Part shown: positions 1-10,347 of the stretch, one piece after another
How the letters are laid out: each line of letters starts with the position of its first letter
Position numbering within the stretch: position 1 is the first letter of the stretch
Source of the DNA: Naegleria gruberi
Lineage: Eukaryota
NCBI GenBank assembly: GCA_000004985.1
Contig: GG738857.1
Reading direction: 5' to 3' (one strand)
DNA: 64,000 bases
Made by a program: the position numbers and the translations under genes
The notes under the pieces: generated by a model
What the model was told of the DNA's origin: nothing
The model's input: only the letters and a program-made list of their open reading frames with translations
Databases searched by the model: none

Positions 1-325
1 TTGGAAAGTCTAGGACATAAGGCAGATGCTGTATGTGATGGTGAAGAGTTGGTTCAGCAATTCGATCCACAAAGACACAAAATTGTGCTTACTGACTTGG
101 TAAGTTTGTTGATTCAAATTTTTTTAACATTCTGAAAAATAGAATATGCCCAACTTGAATGGAATCAAAGCAGCACAAGAATTGAGAAAAAGATTTGGAA
201 ATGATTTCAAAATTTATCTGCTCACAGGAAATGTCATGGCTTGTGAAGAAGACTATTCTTCAATTATTGACAAGGTGGTAATCAAGCCAGTTTCTAAAAC
301 AAATTTAAAGCATTTAATATCGTAA
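1..325 (+). CDS. 3' end of a two-component-type receiver (REC) domain protein, probably the C-terminus of a hybrid histidine kinase or response regulator; 5' partial. Exons 1-99 and 143-325, intron 100-142 (43 bp, GTAAGT...AG).
   Basis: Spliced translation LESLGHKADAVCDGEELVQQFDPQRHKIVLTDL|NMPNLNGIKAAQELRKRFGNDFKIYLLTGNVMACEEDYSSIIDKVVIKPVSKTNLKHLIS*. It contains the REC hallmarks: acidic-pocket Asp followed by MP..G, then the conserved KP, ending near the canonical domain end. The frame is open from base 1 and the stop is at 323-325. Confidence 0.7.
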
Positions 326-522
326 ACCCACAAAACTAGTAATTCTATTATTGTAGAATGCAATTGGAAGTTTAAGATCTTGCGGAAAACATTGGTTGTT
401 TATCATTACAGTGAAAGGTGAAATAAATCACCTCATCAAGGAACTCTATTTACAATATTAGCGTATTATACAATGTAATTATCTCAAAATTATTGACCTA
501 ATAAAGTTGCAAAATTATAAAA

Positions 523-2449
523 TTATGGTGTAAGAGATGTTAGAGAAACAAAATCATCCTTCCAATCATTCTCATATTTCTCAATTAAGAATTTCCAACC
601 TCCTGTCAAATCTACAAGAAGACTATTATATTTATCCGGACCTGCCACTCCATTCAAATCATTATGTCCATCCTTTCCTCTCCACTTGTATCCAAACGTT
701 GGTGAAAAGTGTGGTGATTTAGCTGAGAGACTGTGATATCCTCCTGATTGATCGTATTTACTATATTCTGAACCCTCCACACCAACTATATAAAGATTAA
801 TAAATTATTAAATTATATATATCACTTACTCAATAGTCCACCAAATCTTCCCTTCTTTGGTGATTGGTAATAAATATACATGTGGCCATGTTCTCCATTG
901 GCCTCAATCTTCTTTCCTGTCAATGAACGATTCTCTGCTCCTCCTAAAGGTAAATTCATTCCCCAATCTTGAATAATGCTATTTTAATTGAATTGTGAAT
1001 GAAAACTTACGTCTGTGATGTTTCAAAAATCCATCAGTCGTTCCAAACAACTTGGTATCTCTGAAAGTTATTCCAATAGTTTTGGTTTCATGCAAAACCT
1101 TCTTCTTTCCCATTGGTAAGCTAAAATTGTACTTGTCGTCTATTATTTTCTTTGGCAGTTGTATTGGCGGTTCTTCCATCATTTTACTGACATCTCTCAT
1201 AACTCGTCGTTGTCTATAATGACCATTTGATTGTGATTCATTCTCTAGGAATTTATCTATCATATTGGTTGGTAATTCTTCATCATTAGTGATCTCTAGT
1301 TCGATTGGCTTATCCAAAATGAGTTGATCAGATGCTTGTGGCTTGTAGTAATCTAAAGCATGTGTAGCTCCCAATCTTCTAAAAATCACCTTTCCATCAA
1401 TTCTTGCCTCATCTAAAATTAAATGTTCACACAATTTAAATTCCATTAAAAACTTACTTCCACTCGTTTTGGTTGAAATTATCTTTGATAAATCTCCATC
1501 CACAGTTCCACTGAATTATTATTATAAAGTTATTAATCCTTCATTATTAATCAATTAGAAAACCTACGTAACGAGCCATTTCCAAAATGAATGTTCATCC
1601 TCTCCATGTGTTTTCCTATCCATACTGTCCAACTGTATTATCACTCTACTTCCATGTGACAGGACACTTGCAATTGGATATCTGGTAGTGTTCCACAATT
1701 TCCAATCCTCCACCTTTGCATCCTGTCTATACATTAATCCTCCATATCTCAACACACAAAATACTCTCCTCAGAATATTTCCTAGAGAGTCATACTCTGG
1801 ATTTTCCAAAGTTCTCCTCCACAGAATGGCATCTCTCTTACATTGTGAAATTACTCCACTCTCATTATATTCCTTTTCGATAATTTGTTTTAATCTCTCA
1901 ACTTGACTCAGAAAGAGAGGATCCGAATATTCAACATCATCTGGAATGAGTGCATATTCAAAATGATCAATAAATATCACTGATTTTGGATCNNNNNNNN
2001 NNNNNNNNNNNNNNNNNNNNNNNNNNNNNNNNNNNNNNNNNNTTCAGCTATTGTAGATTTGAAGGCAAACTTGTGCAAACTGTTGAGCTCCTCATACGGG
2101 TTATTACTACATAATCATCATAGTCATTGAGTGAAAGTGAATCAAAATTTTTCACACTCTGGCTGGTTTGATGATGGTAATGATGATTGGAAAGGTCTTC
2201 CGATAGAGTTGACCTTGTATTTGATGGTGATAGTGTTGCTTGATGATTATCACCAACATCAGCCGACAATGATGAGGTTGTTGATGAAGAGGAATTTCTA
2301 AAATATTCTTGTTGATGATGAGGAGAGGTTGTAGTGGTGGCGGATGAGTCAACAACCTTTGAAATTTGTGTGTCTGTTATTGTTTCTTCTCCACCTTCTG
2401 CCACATTAGTATCAACACCTGTCGAGTCAGTATTGTAATGAAATTCCAT
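523..2449 (-). CDS. Hypothetical multi-exon gene of unrecognised family. Exons (minus strand): 2449-2043 (runs into the N gap 1993-2042), 1980-1568, 1510-1011, 967-830, 785-523. Introns are 57, 43 and 44 bp.
   Basis: Consecutive minus-strand ORFs (2048-2449, 1564-1980, 979-1503, 523-780) join in frame through short GT-AG introns: GTAGGT..TTCAG, GTAAGT..TCAAG and GTAAGT..TATAG. The joined translation is continuous (...HSFWKWLVTGTVDGDLSK..., ...FLKHHRHWGMNLPLGGAENRS..., ...RFGGLLIGVEGSEYSKYDQSGG...). The N-terminal region is Ser/Thr/His-rich. No family was recognised by eye. Confidence 0.45.
1993..2042. other. Assembly gap (50 N).
   Basis: Run of n characters interrupting the minus-strand gene above. 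Confidence 0.99.
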
Positions 2450-2664
2450 TTTTTTGATTGATGACTGCCTTCCAAACAGTTAGCGGAAACGAAAGATAAT
2501 TGCCTAATGTAACGGTCGCTGATTGCTAGCCCTATTGTGAAAGACAATAAACTGAGTTTATTGTGAAATGTAATTAATGTTCATGTCCTCAACTGGGACA
2601 TAATTAGAGAACTCGAATTGTTAATGAATTGTTAATACTGTATAAATTAATTTTTTGGTGTTAT

Positions 2665-3519
2665 TTACACAACACATTGACACTTTTTAGAATCGTGTTG
2701 ATTTGGAGTTTGAGTTTGAGTTTTTGAGAGATTAATATTTGTAGAGGACCCATGATCTCGTTCTTTGGATTCTCTTTCAGCAAAGCAAACTACCAAAAAA
2801 AGAAATAGTTCAAAAATTAAAACCAATTTGGAATGCTAGTAATACTTACGAACTGCATTTAAAAAAGCTTCATTCACTCCATTATTTGTTGATACAGAAC
2901 ATTCGTAAAAGGCATCCAATTCCAATTCCTTCTTTAAAATTTCACCTTCCTCCCTGCTCACCACTCTTTGATCTCGCAAGTCCATTTTGTTCCCAACTAG
3001 TGTTATATAAGGAGGACATGTATCTGAATTGCTATATGTTTGAAAATCAAGTAACCAACTTTTAACACTCTCAAATGATTTCCTAGATGTTACATCATAG
3101 ACCAGAAATACCAAATGAGAAGCTCTATAGTAATTACTCGTAACTGTTCTGAATCGTTCCTGTCCAGCACTGTAAATATTTGGTGGTTGATATCATCAAT
3201 TCTAATAAAACATACGTATCGTAAATTGTTACTTTATACACTTTATCATCCTTTGTAATACTTTTAATTTTCATTTCCACTCCGATCGTTGGTTTTGTTT
3301 CCTTCTTTTCATTGGTAATACACATCATGAAACAACTCTTCCCAACCTGTGTATCTCCCAATACAATCGCTAATTAGTTTCATCATCCACATATTCATCA
3401 GAATTTAAATTCAATCCAATTAATAATAATTACAATAATAAATTTTTATAATTGATGATCAAAATTCCATCACGATCAAATTATTCCTATTTACCTTTAA
3501 AAACCCTCACTTCGCTCAT
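2665..3519 (-). CDS. Rab-family small GTPase. Exons (minus strand): 3519-3495, 3369-3216, 3169-2850 and a proposed terminal exon 2789-2665. Introns: 3370-3494 (125 bp), 3170-3215 (46 bp), 2790-2849 (60 bp).
   Basis: Spliced product MSEVRVFKAIVLGDTQVGKSCFMMCITNEKKETKPTIGVEMKIKSITKDDKVYKVTIYDTAGQERFRTVTSNYYRASHLVFLVYDVTSRKSFESVKSWL...LVGNKMDL...ECSVSTNNGVNEAFLNAV... It carries Rab G1 (GDTQVGKS), G3 (DTAGQE) and G4 (GNKMDL) motifs. The first two introns restore the motif DTAGQERF, which the raw ORFs break. The last exon is in frame through GTAAGT...TTGGTAG and ends ...DSKKCQCVV*, a polybasic, Cys-containing tail as expected for a prenylated Rab. Without it the protein would end RKYY with no cysteines. 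Confidence 0.75.
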
Positions 3520-4524
3520 ATTTCCTCAAGGTAATAATGATGATGATAATATCAATTCCAATGTATCTTTTCTCCACACAACACTGTCTTTTCAACAACC
3601 AACAGACACAAAACAATAACAAACTCTCCCAACCGACAAAATCAATTCTCGTTGTTGGCCAAACTAGAATGTTGTTGTGGTCGACCAATAATTTTTTTAA
3701 GAGAATTTTATTGCAGTGATGCTTAATATCAAAGGAGAAAGCGCGAAAAAAATACTGCACAACAAAGGCTTCATACAGTATGAAAGAGTTTTCCTTCTCG
3801 GAAGGGCGGTGTTTAGATGTTGATGGTTGAGAAACAAAATTGAGATTGGCATGACGAGGACGAGTATGAATGAGGGGTAGACTTTTGGGGAGTTTGTGCT
3901 ACATCCAACACAATTTAATGATGATTGCTTGTTTTAGATTGGTGAACATTCACGAATAGCCTTAATAATGGCTTCTATTAGGATTGGACATAGGAAATGA
4001 TCCAGATGAGGAACTCTTATGAAACTTTTCATAAGTACAGTCTGTATCTCGAAAGAAGCAAAATGATCCAACATTCCTTGTCAGATTTATTAAATGTGAA
4101 TTAACTTCTGACAAGTCATTGTCATAATATCATCATTCAACAACTGGTGGTACCAATACAGGATCAACTTCAAGCTACAATGATGAAATTATTGAAATGT
4201 TTGTTAAACACTTATGAAAATGATAGAAACACCAATAATAGCTAAAACGAGAAAGTGAACAAGTTAATAATGATTCTCGAAAATTGGTCAACCACAATAT
4301 TTCTTAACAAAGAAAATTTTAGATAATTGTTGTAAAAGTTTAATGTAATAAAAAGGATATTGGTCGGATTATGTTAATTGTTCAGTCATTCTCCGCCTTA
4401 AACTCCTTTTGGTCTCGATATCATTTTTGGCATGTCCATTACAATTTGCATAAGATGAGGGAACTGAATTGGCCAAGAATTGGTCAAAAAAACAAACAAA
4501 AAACCAAGCTTCTAAGAATCGGCA

Positions 4525-6045
4525 ATGATTTCGTCCACTTCTACTACACCAGACCAAATTTCTGGGACCACGGTCCCGGTCTTGAGCAAGACAGAAGTCT
4601 TTGAAGAAGCAACCAATTTTGTAACATTACTTTATACAGAGTTGAAGAAGAAACCAGAAGAAATTGATGAAAGATTGCAAATAATCAAGGCAGAGATTGA
4701 TAGGACTGGAACTTATGTTCATACCAGTGAAGAATTAACCTATGGCTGCAAGGTTGCTTGGAGAAATTCAGTGAGTTGGTAAGTTAAAAGTTTCGAATAA
4801 TGATAGTAACAAGAATTAAAGTATTGGAAAGGTTCACTGGCAAGTATTAGCCGTCCATGACAAGAGACATTGCAAAACAGAGGAAGAAATAGCTCAAGCA
4901 CTAAAGGAACATGCCAAATTTGCCTTCAATGATGGTAATGTGAGATCTAGTGTTACCCTCTTTCGTCAAGTTTCCAATCCAGATGGAAGTGATGAAATTC
5001 GTATTCACAATCCACAAATCATTCGTTATGCAGGTTATAAAAACAATGATGGAAGTGTTTTAGGTGATCCAGATCATGTTGCCTTGACTGAACATGCACT
5101 TTCTCTTGGTTGGAGGAAAGATCAACCAAAATCAAGATTTGACATTCTTCCACTCCTGATTCAAATTGGAGTTCAAGGAAAGACTAAATATTTCGATTTG
5201 GAACCTGAATACACAACTGAGGTTCATCTCGAACATCCAAAATATCCACAAACAAGTGACATGGCTTTACGTTGGCATGGATTGCCAGCTATTACCAATA
5301 TGAGATTCGAATTGGGAGGTGTTTTTTATACTGCAGCTGCATTCAATGGATGGTAAGTTTCTAAGAATTAATTGTTTGAATGAAAACAAAATATTCGAAT
5401 CAAAGGTACATGACAACTGAAATTACAAGAAACTTTTTGGATGATTTTAGATATAATCTCTTAGATGAATTTGGAAGAGTTATTGGTGTGCGGCCTGATT
5501 CAGATGCCGAATCAAAAAAGAATCCATTCTGGAAAGATATTGCCTCTGCCGAATTCAATGTCATGGTTCAACATTCATTCGATAAACAAAATGTCAAGAT
5601 GGTTGATCATCACACTGCAGGTAAACAATTTGTAAAGCATATGCAAAATGAGGAAAAGAAAGGAAGAGAATGTCCTGCACGTTACAGTTGGATTGTTCCA
5701 CCAAGTGCTGCTCACACAAATCCAGTTTTTCACACAAGGATGAAGGAAATTTGGTTGAAACCAACCATTTCTTATCAACCTGAGATTTTTGATGGAAGTT
5801 TTAGAAATGTTATGGCAAGAGGAGAGGTTTTACCTTCAGATCCTGATTGGAATGTTAAGGAAAGTGTTCCTTCCACACCAACTCAAAGGAGCAAGGCAAC
5901 CTCAAGTCAAAAATCAACGACAGCCAAATCATCCACAAAACAAGTAAGAAGTAATTCTAGTGATAGAGTTCTGGTTAAGATTTTGGCAATTCTTGTGGTC
6001 TTGTTAGCAATCTTATTGGCGTACAATTCTTCACAACACCAATAA
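4525..6045 (+). CDS. Nitric oxide synthase oxygenase-domain protein (NOSoxy-like) with no reductase domain, followed by a Ser/Thr-rich linker and a C-terminal hydrophobic transmembrane tail. Exons 4525-4778, 4822-5352, 5406-6045. Introns 43 and 53 bp.
   Basis: Spliced product contains ...FVTLLYTELKKKPEEIDERLQIIKAEIDRTGTYVHTSEELTYGCKVAWRNSVSCIGKVHWQVLAVHDKRHCKTEEE...NDGNVRSSVTLFRQVSNPDGSDEIRIHNPQIIRYAGYKNNDGSVLGDPDHVALTEHALSLGWRKDQPKSRFDILPLLIQ...[49 protein letters not shown]...VMVQHSFDKQNVKMVDHHTAGKQFVKHMQNE...WIVPPSAAHTNPVFH...YQPEIF. It aligns block by block with the animal and bacterial NOS oxygenase domain (AWRNxxRCIGRIQW, IRYAGYK..DGSxxGDP, RFDxLPLL, VDHH, WIVPP). The heme-thiolate Cys in the WRN..C.G motif is restored only by splicing the 43-bp intron 4779-4821 (TG|gtaagt...aaag|T gives TGT). 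The product ends ...DRVLVKILAILVVLLAILLAYNSSQHQ*. The next gene downstream is on the opposite strand, so no flavodoxin, FAD or NADPH-binding domain follows. Confidence 0.85.
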
Positions 6046-6145
6046 ATTTTAAGCAAATGCTTTTGAACATTTCAACTATTAATGTTTTCTAAATTTGTAA
6101 TATTGATTATGAACATACAATCAAATAAGCTTTACTATCAAGAAA

Positions 6146-9100
6146 TTATCTCTTTGTTAACTTTTTTGGTGGATCAATACTCTTATCAGATTCCTTTCTC
6201 TTTCTGTTGGCAGTATTAGTCGATGGAGATGATGAAGAACTTGCAGCCCTGTTTTGATTGGTATGTTTTGGAGCTGTTGAAGAGCTTGAACTTGCTTGTC
6301 CACTTTTAACAGATTGAACATTCTTTTCAATATTAGAAATTGATGAACTTGTTGCTTTCTTTCTATTTGATGTAGGATTTGATGTAGGGGTGTTTTCAAT
6401 AATTTCTTTTACCTTCTTTTCTTTTTTCACTGGTAACTTATTCAACTCTAACTTTACAATAGGTGATGAGGATGAAGAACTTGATGCTTGTTGTTTCTTA
6501 TTTCCCTTAACTTGTGGTGATTTTTGAGTAGGAGATTTAACCTTCTTATCTGTCAATTTTTTATGTGGAAATTGTCTATTTGCATTCTTTCTTAAACCTC
6601 CACTATATTTGAAAGCATAGATTTGGAATCCACCAATACCATATAATAACATTTGTCTGATAAAGTATTCATCTGAGGAATTGTTTCCTTCCTTGAATGA
6701 TTCATGATCTTTCTTAACAACATCCTTTGATGAAATACCATCGAATAGAACCATATCTGAGACTGGATGAATTCCAATCATATTAGGACCATAGAATGTA
6801 CTGATATTACCTCTTGCAGATGAAACAAAATGAGTTGTTTTTTGTAATTTGTCAACTTCATTACTAAGGAATTTTGATTGAGCAGTTCTAACATTCCACA
6901 ATGAGACATGACCTACATGATTTCTCTTATCAAACTTTTCATTATATAGCTTCTTATACTTTGAAAGAATTTGTTTACCTTCCTTTGTTAGATGTGCCTT
7001 GGTCTCCTCAAGAATAGTCCACAATTCTCTTGGATCTTCAATGCACTTTTTTCTGAATTCTTCAAAGGTTTTAAACATTCTCAATCGATCACTATCACCT
7101 ATTTTACCACAAGTATAATGTGATCTTATCAATGGATTTTCTTCCGTGACATAGGTTAGAAATTCCTTAATTACTTCTTCTTTTTGTTGATAATCATAAC
7201 TTGAATGTAATTCAAAGTAAATGATGGCCTCTGCAAATATGAGATATCTTGCCAATGCGTTATTGTGTCGAACAAAAATAGGTTTCTTATACTCTTCAGC
7301 ATGAATGAAATTATCTTCCATGACATGATAAATTTCCAATTCGAAATGTTCTGCCAATAACATACAAAGTTTCTTCTTCTTTCCAATATTGATAAATATT
7401 TCAGTATCAATACTGACAAATACATAGTTAGGTGCCTTTTCTACCTCATTCATGGCTTCATTTAGGAATGAACGAGCCTTTTCCAAAAATGCATTTTCAA
7501 CCATGATGAAAATTAAATAATCTTGACTTCCATTTTTGGAATGTTTAATACAACAATCATGAACATGTCTCTCTAAAAAGTTTGGAGATGTTTCTTCAAA
7601 ATATTCTGGAAGAGTTGTAATGAAAATTGGAGCAATTCGTTGTCGACTATGACTCTTATTACCACCCATAGTTCCAATTAAGGCATCAGTGGAGAGCAAG
7701 GATTTAAATTTTGCCAGTTTAGTTTCCTTCAATTCCTTTTCATAGGAAACAAGAACTTGTTTTTCATTTCTATCAATTTCCATGAGGACCAGTTGACCTT
7801 TTTGATATAATTTCTTTTGTTCTTCAGATAAACCTGCATCAATACTTTCCTTTTCAACTCTTGTCAAACTAATGCTACTTTTTGGTAATTTTTGAACATT
7901 ACCAAATTTTTCACTGGGTGAAAGAACTTTTGCTCTTTTAAGCTCTCTAATGGTGTTATATTCCTTATCAGGAATAATCATACAACCCTTTCCTGATTTA
8001 CATGCAGGTGATGGATAACGATTTGAAAGACCTAAATGTTCGGCTTTAAGAGGTTTAGTTTTTTCCTTTTTCAAAAGCACTCTCATATCATCAATTAACT
8101 TGAATTTCTCAATTGCTAATTTGAGATATTCTTCAGATTCTAATTGACCTCTAATATGTAAGAGTTCATCTGCACAATTACTCAAATACTCTTTCATTGA
8201 ATTCAAAATTGAGTAAAATATATCAAAACTTCCATAATCTTCAATGCGTTCATTTGGTGAAACAAAATTCATAGAGTGGAAAATATCATCAACAATTTCA
8301 ACTAATTCTCCCTTAAAAGTATTCATTTCTTCTTCCTTAGTTGCTAAATCCTTCTTTTGTTTTGCCATTAATGAATCAATCTTCTTTTCAATAAATTCAA
8401 ACATTTGATTCTTGTACATGTCAATTCTATATCTAATTTTTCTGTTTCTTTCATAGAAATAAGTTGTAAACTCAATCCAATTATCATATTCAATTAATTG
8501 ACTTTGAATATTACAATCTAAGGTTTCGTGAGGTGAAAATGTTTCAATGGGTTCTTCACTCTGTCTCTGTTCAATATTTCTACATTTCTTTTCAGTTCTT
8601 TTAATACTTTTCATCAATGTCTTGACACATGTTGATAATTCAAAGTAAGTTTCCTTGAGAATGGTTTTAATTGCTGCTCTTGCATCTACTGCTGCCTTGA
8701 TTGGAAATTGAGATTTGTAAAGAGTTGCAATTTGTAAAGCATATCTCAATCCCTGAAAAACTAAAAAATTAGTTTCAATAGTCTTTCTCATTTCAATTAT
8801 TTCACCAAGTTGTTTGAAGAATATATTCCATCTCTCCTTATCTGTTTTATGTGGGATTGTTAAATTAGTGGCTCGATTAGCTACTGCAACAACAAAATCA
8901 TACTTTCCAAAGAAATCAACATCCTTCCTCTTGGACTCTTCAATCTTTCCAAGTTGTGAAATATTTTCATTCAAGATCAACATCGAAGAAATCACTCAAA
9001 TTACTCTTAAAATCTGTTAAATATTTTTCATGAAGTTCTGTCAATTCTTTGTATGGATTCTTCTCTTTAGCTATTGTCTGACATAGTGATGTCAAAACAA

Positions 9101-10136
9101 TGGTTGGTGGATTATCAGTATTCTTTTCAAATACCTTGTAGGTCCATAAATCAGGGACACAATCAACACCAACAATTTGTCTTACACTTTCTAAACCCTT
9201 AAGAATGACATTACAATTAGAAATAACCTCTTCAATTAACATGGAAAGAATTTCACTATTATTCTGTTCACCATAACCAGGAATGTCCCATATTGCCACT
9301 TTACCATATCTACTTTTCAAGATTTCACTATTATAACAGAGAACAAATTTGTCAACCATCAAGAGTCTTTCCTTTGATTGAAGTCTTTCCTTCTCAAAGA
9401 CTGACATTACAGCTTTGTCATCTGAAACTTGAAATTCAATTTGTAAATCTCCTTCTTGTTCAAATTTTAAAAGTTCAGCATAACATGTCTTGAGTTCACT
9501 TTGATCGAGACCACAATTAGAAACTGGATTGGATTCTGCTTTTCTAGGTAGAATACATTCTTCTTGTTCATCATTGTAATCATCATCATCTGAACTTTCT
9601 TCATTAGAACCCAATGATGGACTCTCATCAGCAGCAACATCTTGATAATCATCAAGCAATTGATCTTCATTACGATCACTAGAGAGTAAATCAGCAATTA
9701 TCGTATTATCTTCATTCTTCTTTGAGAGACGAATAATTCTATCTACGTACTTCTTAGGTGAGCAATAAACCTTTAATAGACGTAATTTATCAGAATATTT
9801 AATCTCAGTACAAAACAAAGTTTCACCTGAACCAAATTTAGAAGATGCCTTCATTGGATAATCATCTTTTCCAGATAGTATCATATTCAATGTGCTTGTT
9901 TTACCAAATCCAGGTTCTGATAATAAACCTATTGAAATTTCAGGTCCTTTTTCAATCTTTTCATAAATCTTTTCATAATTGTCAAAGGCTTCTTTCACAA
10001 ACTTGTTAGACTGATTCTGCTTTGAAGAAGTTCCAAAATCCTTGACAATTTTATCAAGAAATTGTCTCTTGATTCTCTCTTCTTTAACAACATTGACGTG
10101 GTTAATCTTTGAGTCAGCAGGTGTTTGAGGAATCAT
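6146..10136 (-). CDS. Paralog A of a giant protein family: N-terminal septin/IRG-like P-loop GTPase-type domain with a degenerate G1, then an acidic insert, a helical middle region and a conserved C-terminal domain of unknown function. The coding frame is broken by a 1-nt frameshift near 8966-8996, so this is either a possible pseudogene or a sequencing error.
   Basis: ORF 8967-10136 (LLSEPGFGKTSTLNMILSGKDDYPMKAS..GSGETLFCTEIKYS...VAIWDIPGYGEQN...LSDFFDVDLE*) and ORF 6146-8995 (..DVDFFGKYDFVVAVANRATNLTIPHKTDK...GGNKSHSRQRIAPIFITTLPEYFEE..FLERHVHDCC...RHNNALARYLIFAEAIIYFELHSS...RNHVGHVSLWN...HFVSSARGNISTFYGPNMIGIHPVSDMVLFDG...DEYFIRQMLLYGIGGFQIYAFKY) overlap by 29 nt in different frames. Both segments are collinear with the intact paralog at 10348-13953. 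The 949-aa ORF begins at a GTG, not at an ATG. No plausible GT-AG intron bridges the two frames. Confidence 0.6.
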
Positions 10137-10347
10137 TTTTTTCTTTTTTCAATATTAACAAGCGTTGAGTTTTATGTGAGGTGATGGCAAAGGTTAAGAA
10201 GTGTTGGAGAAGTGAGAAATGACGTGTGGTGCATTTATCATGGTAAATTTGAAATTCAAAATTTAGAAGAGAAATTTGAATCCATGAAGCTTAACAAACA
10301 CGACGAGGTGTAACATTTTAAAAACTCGAATGACATGATGTAAAAAA

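Noticed and set aside
523-2449. Assigning the gene at 523-2449 to an alpha-kinase or actin-fragmin-kinase-like family.
   Set aside because: Superficial His/Gly-rich patches, but none of the alpha-kinase catalytic motifs could be matched by eye. Left as hypothetical.
4369-4604. Small ORFs upstream of the NOS gene (4369-4557 -, 4371-4604 +).
   Set aside because: They overlap each other on opposite strands in the putative promoter or 5' UTR, lack conserved features, and the + one runs into the real NOS start. Treated as noise.
8993-8995. ATG start for the 949-aa ORF (MISSMLILNEN...).
   Set aside because: The codon at 8993-8995 is GTG on the minus strand. The ORF track uses alternative starts. 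Biologically this segment is the frameshifted continuation of the upstream 389-aa ORF.
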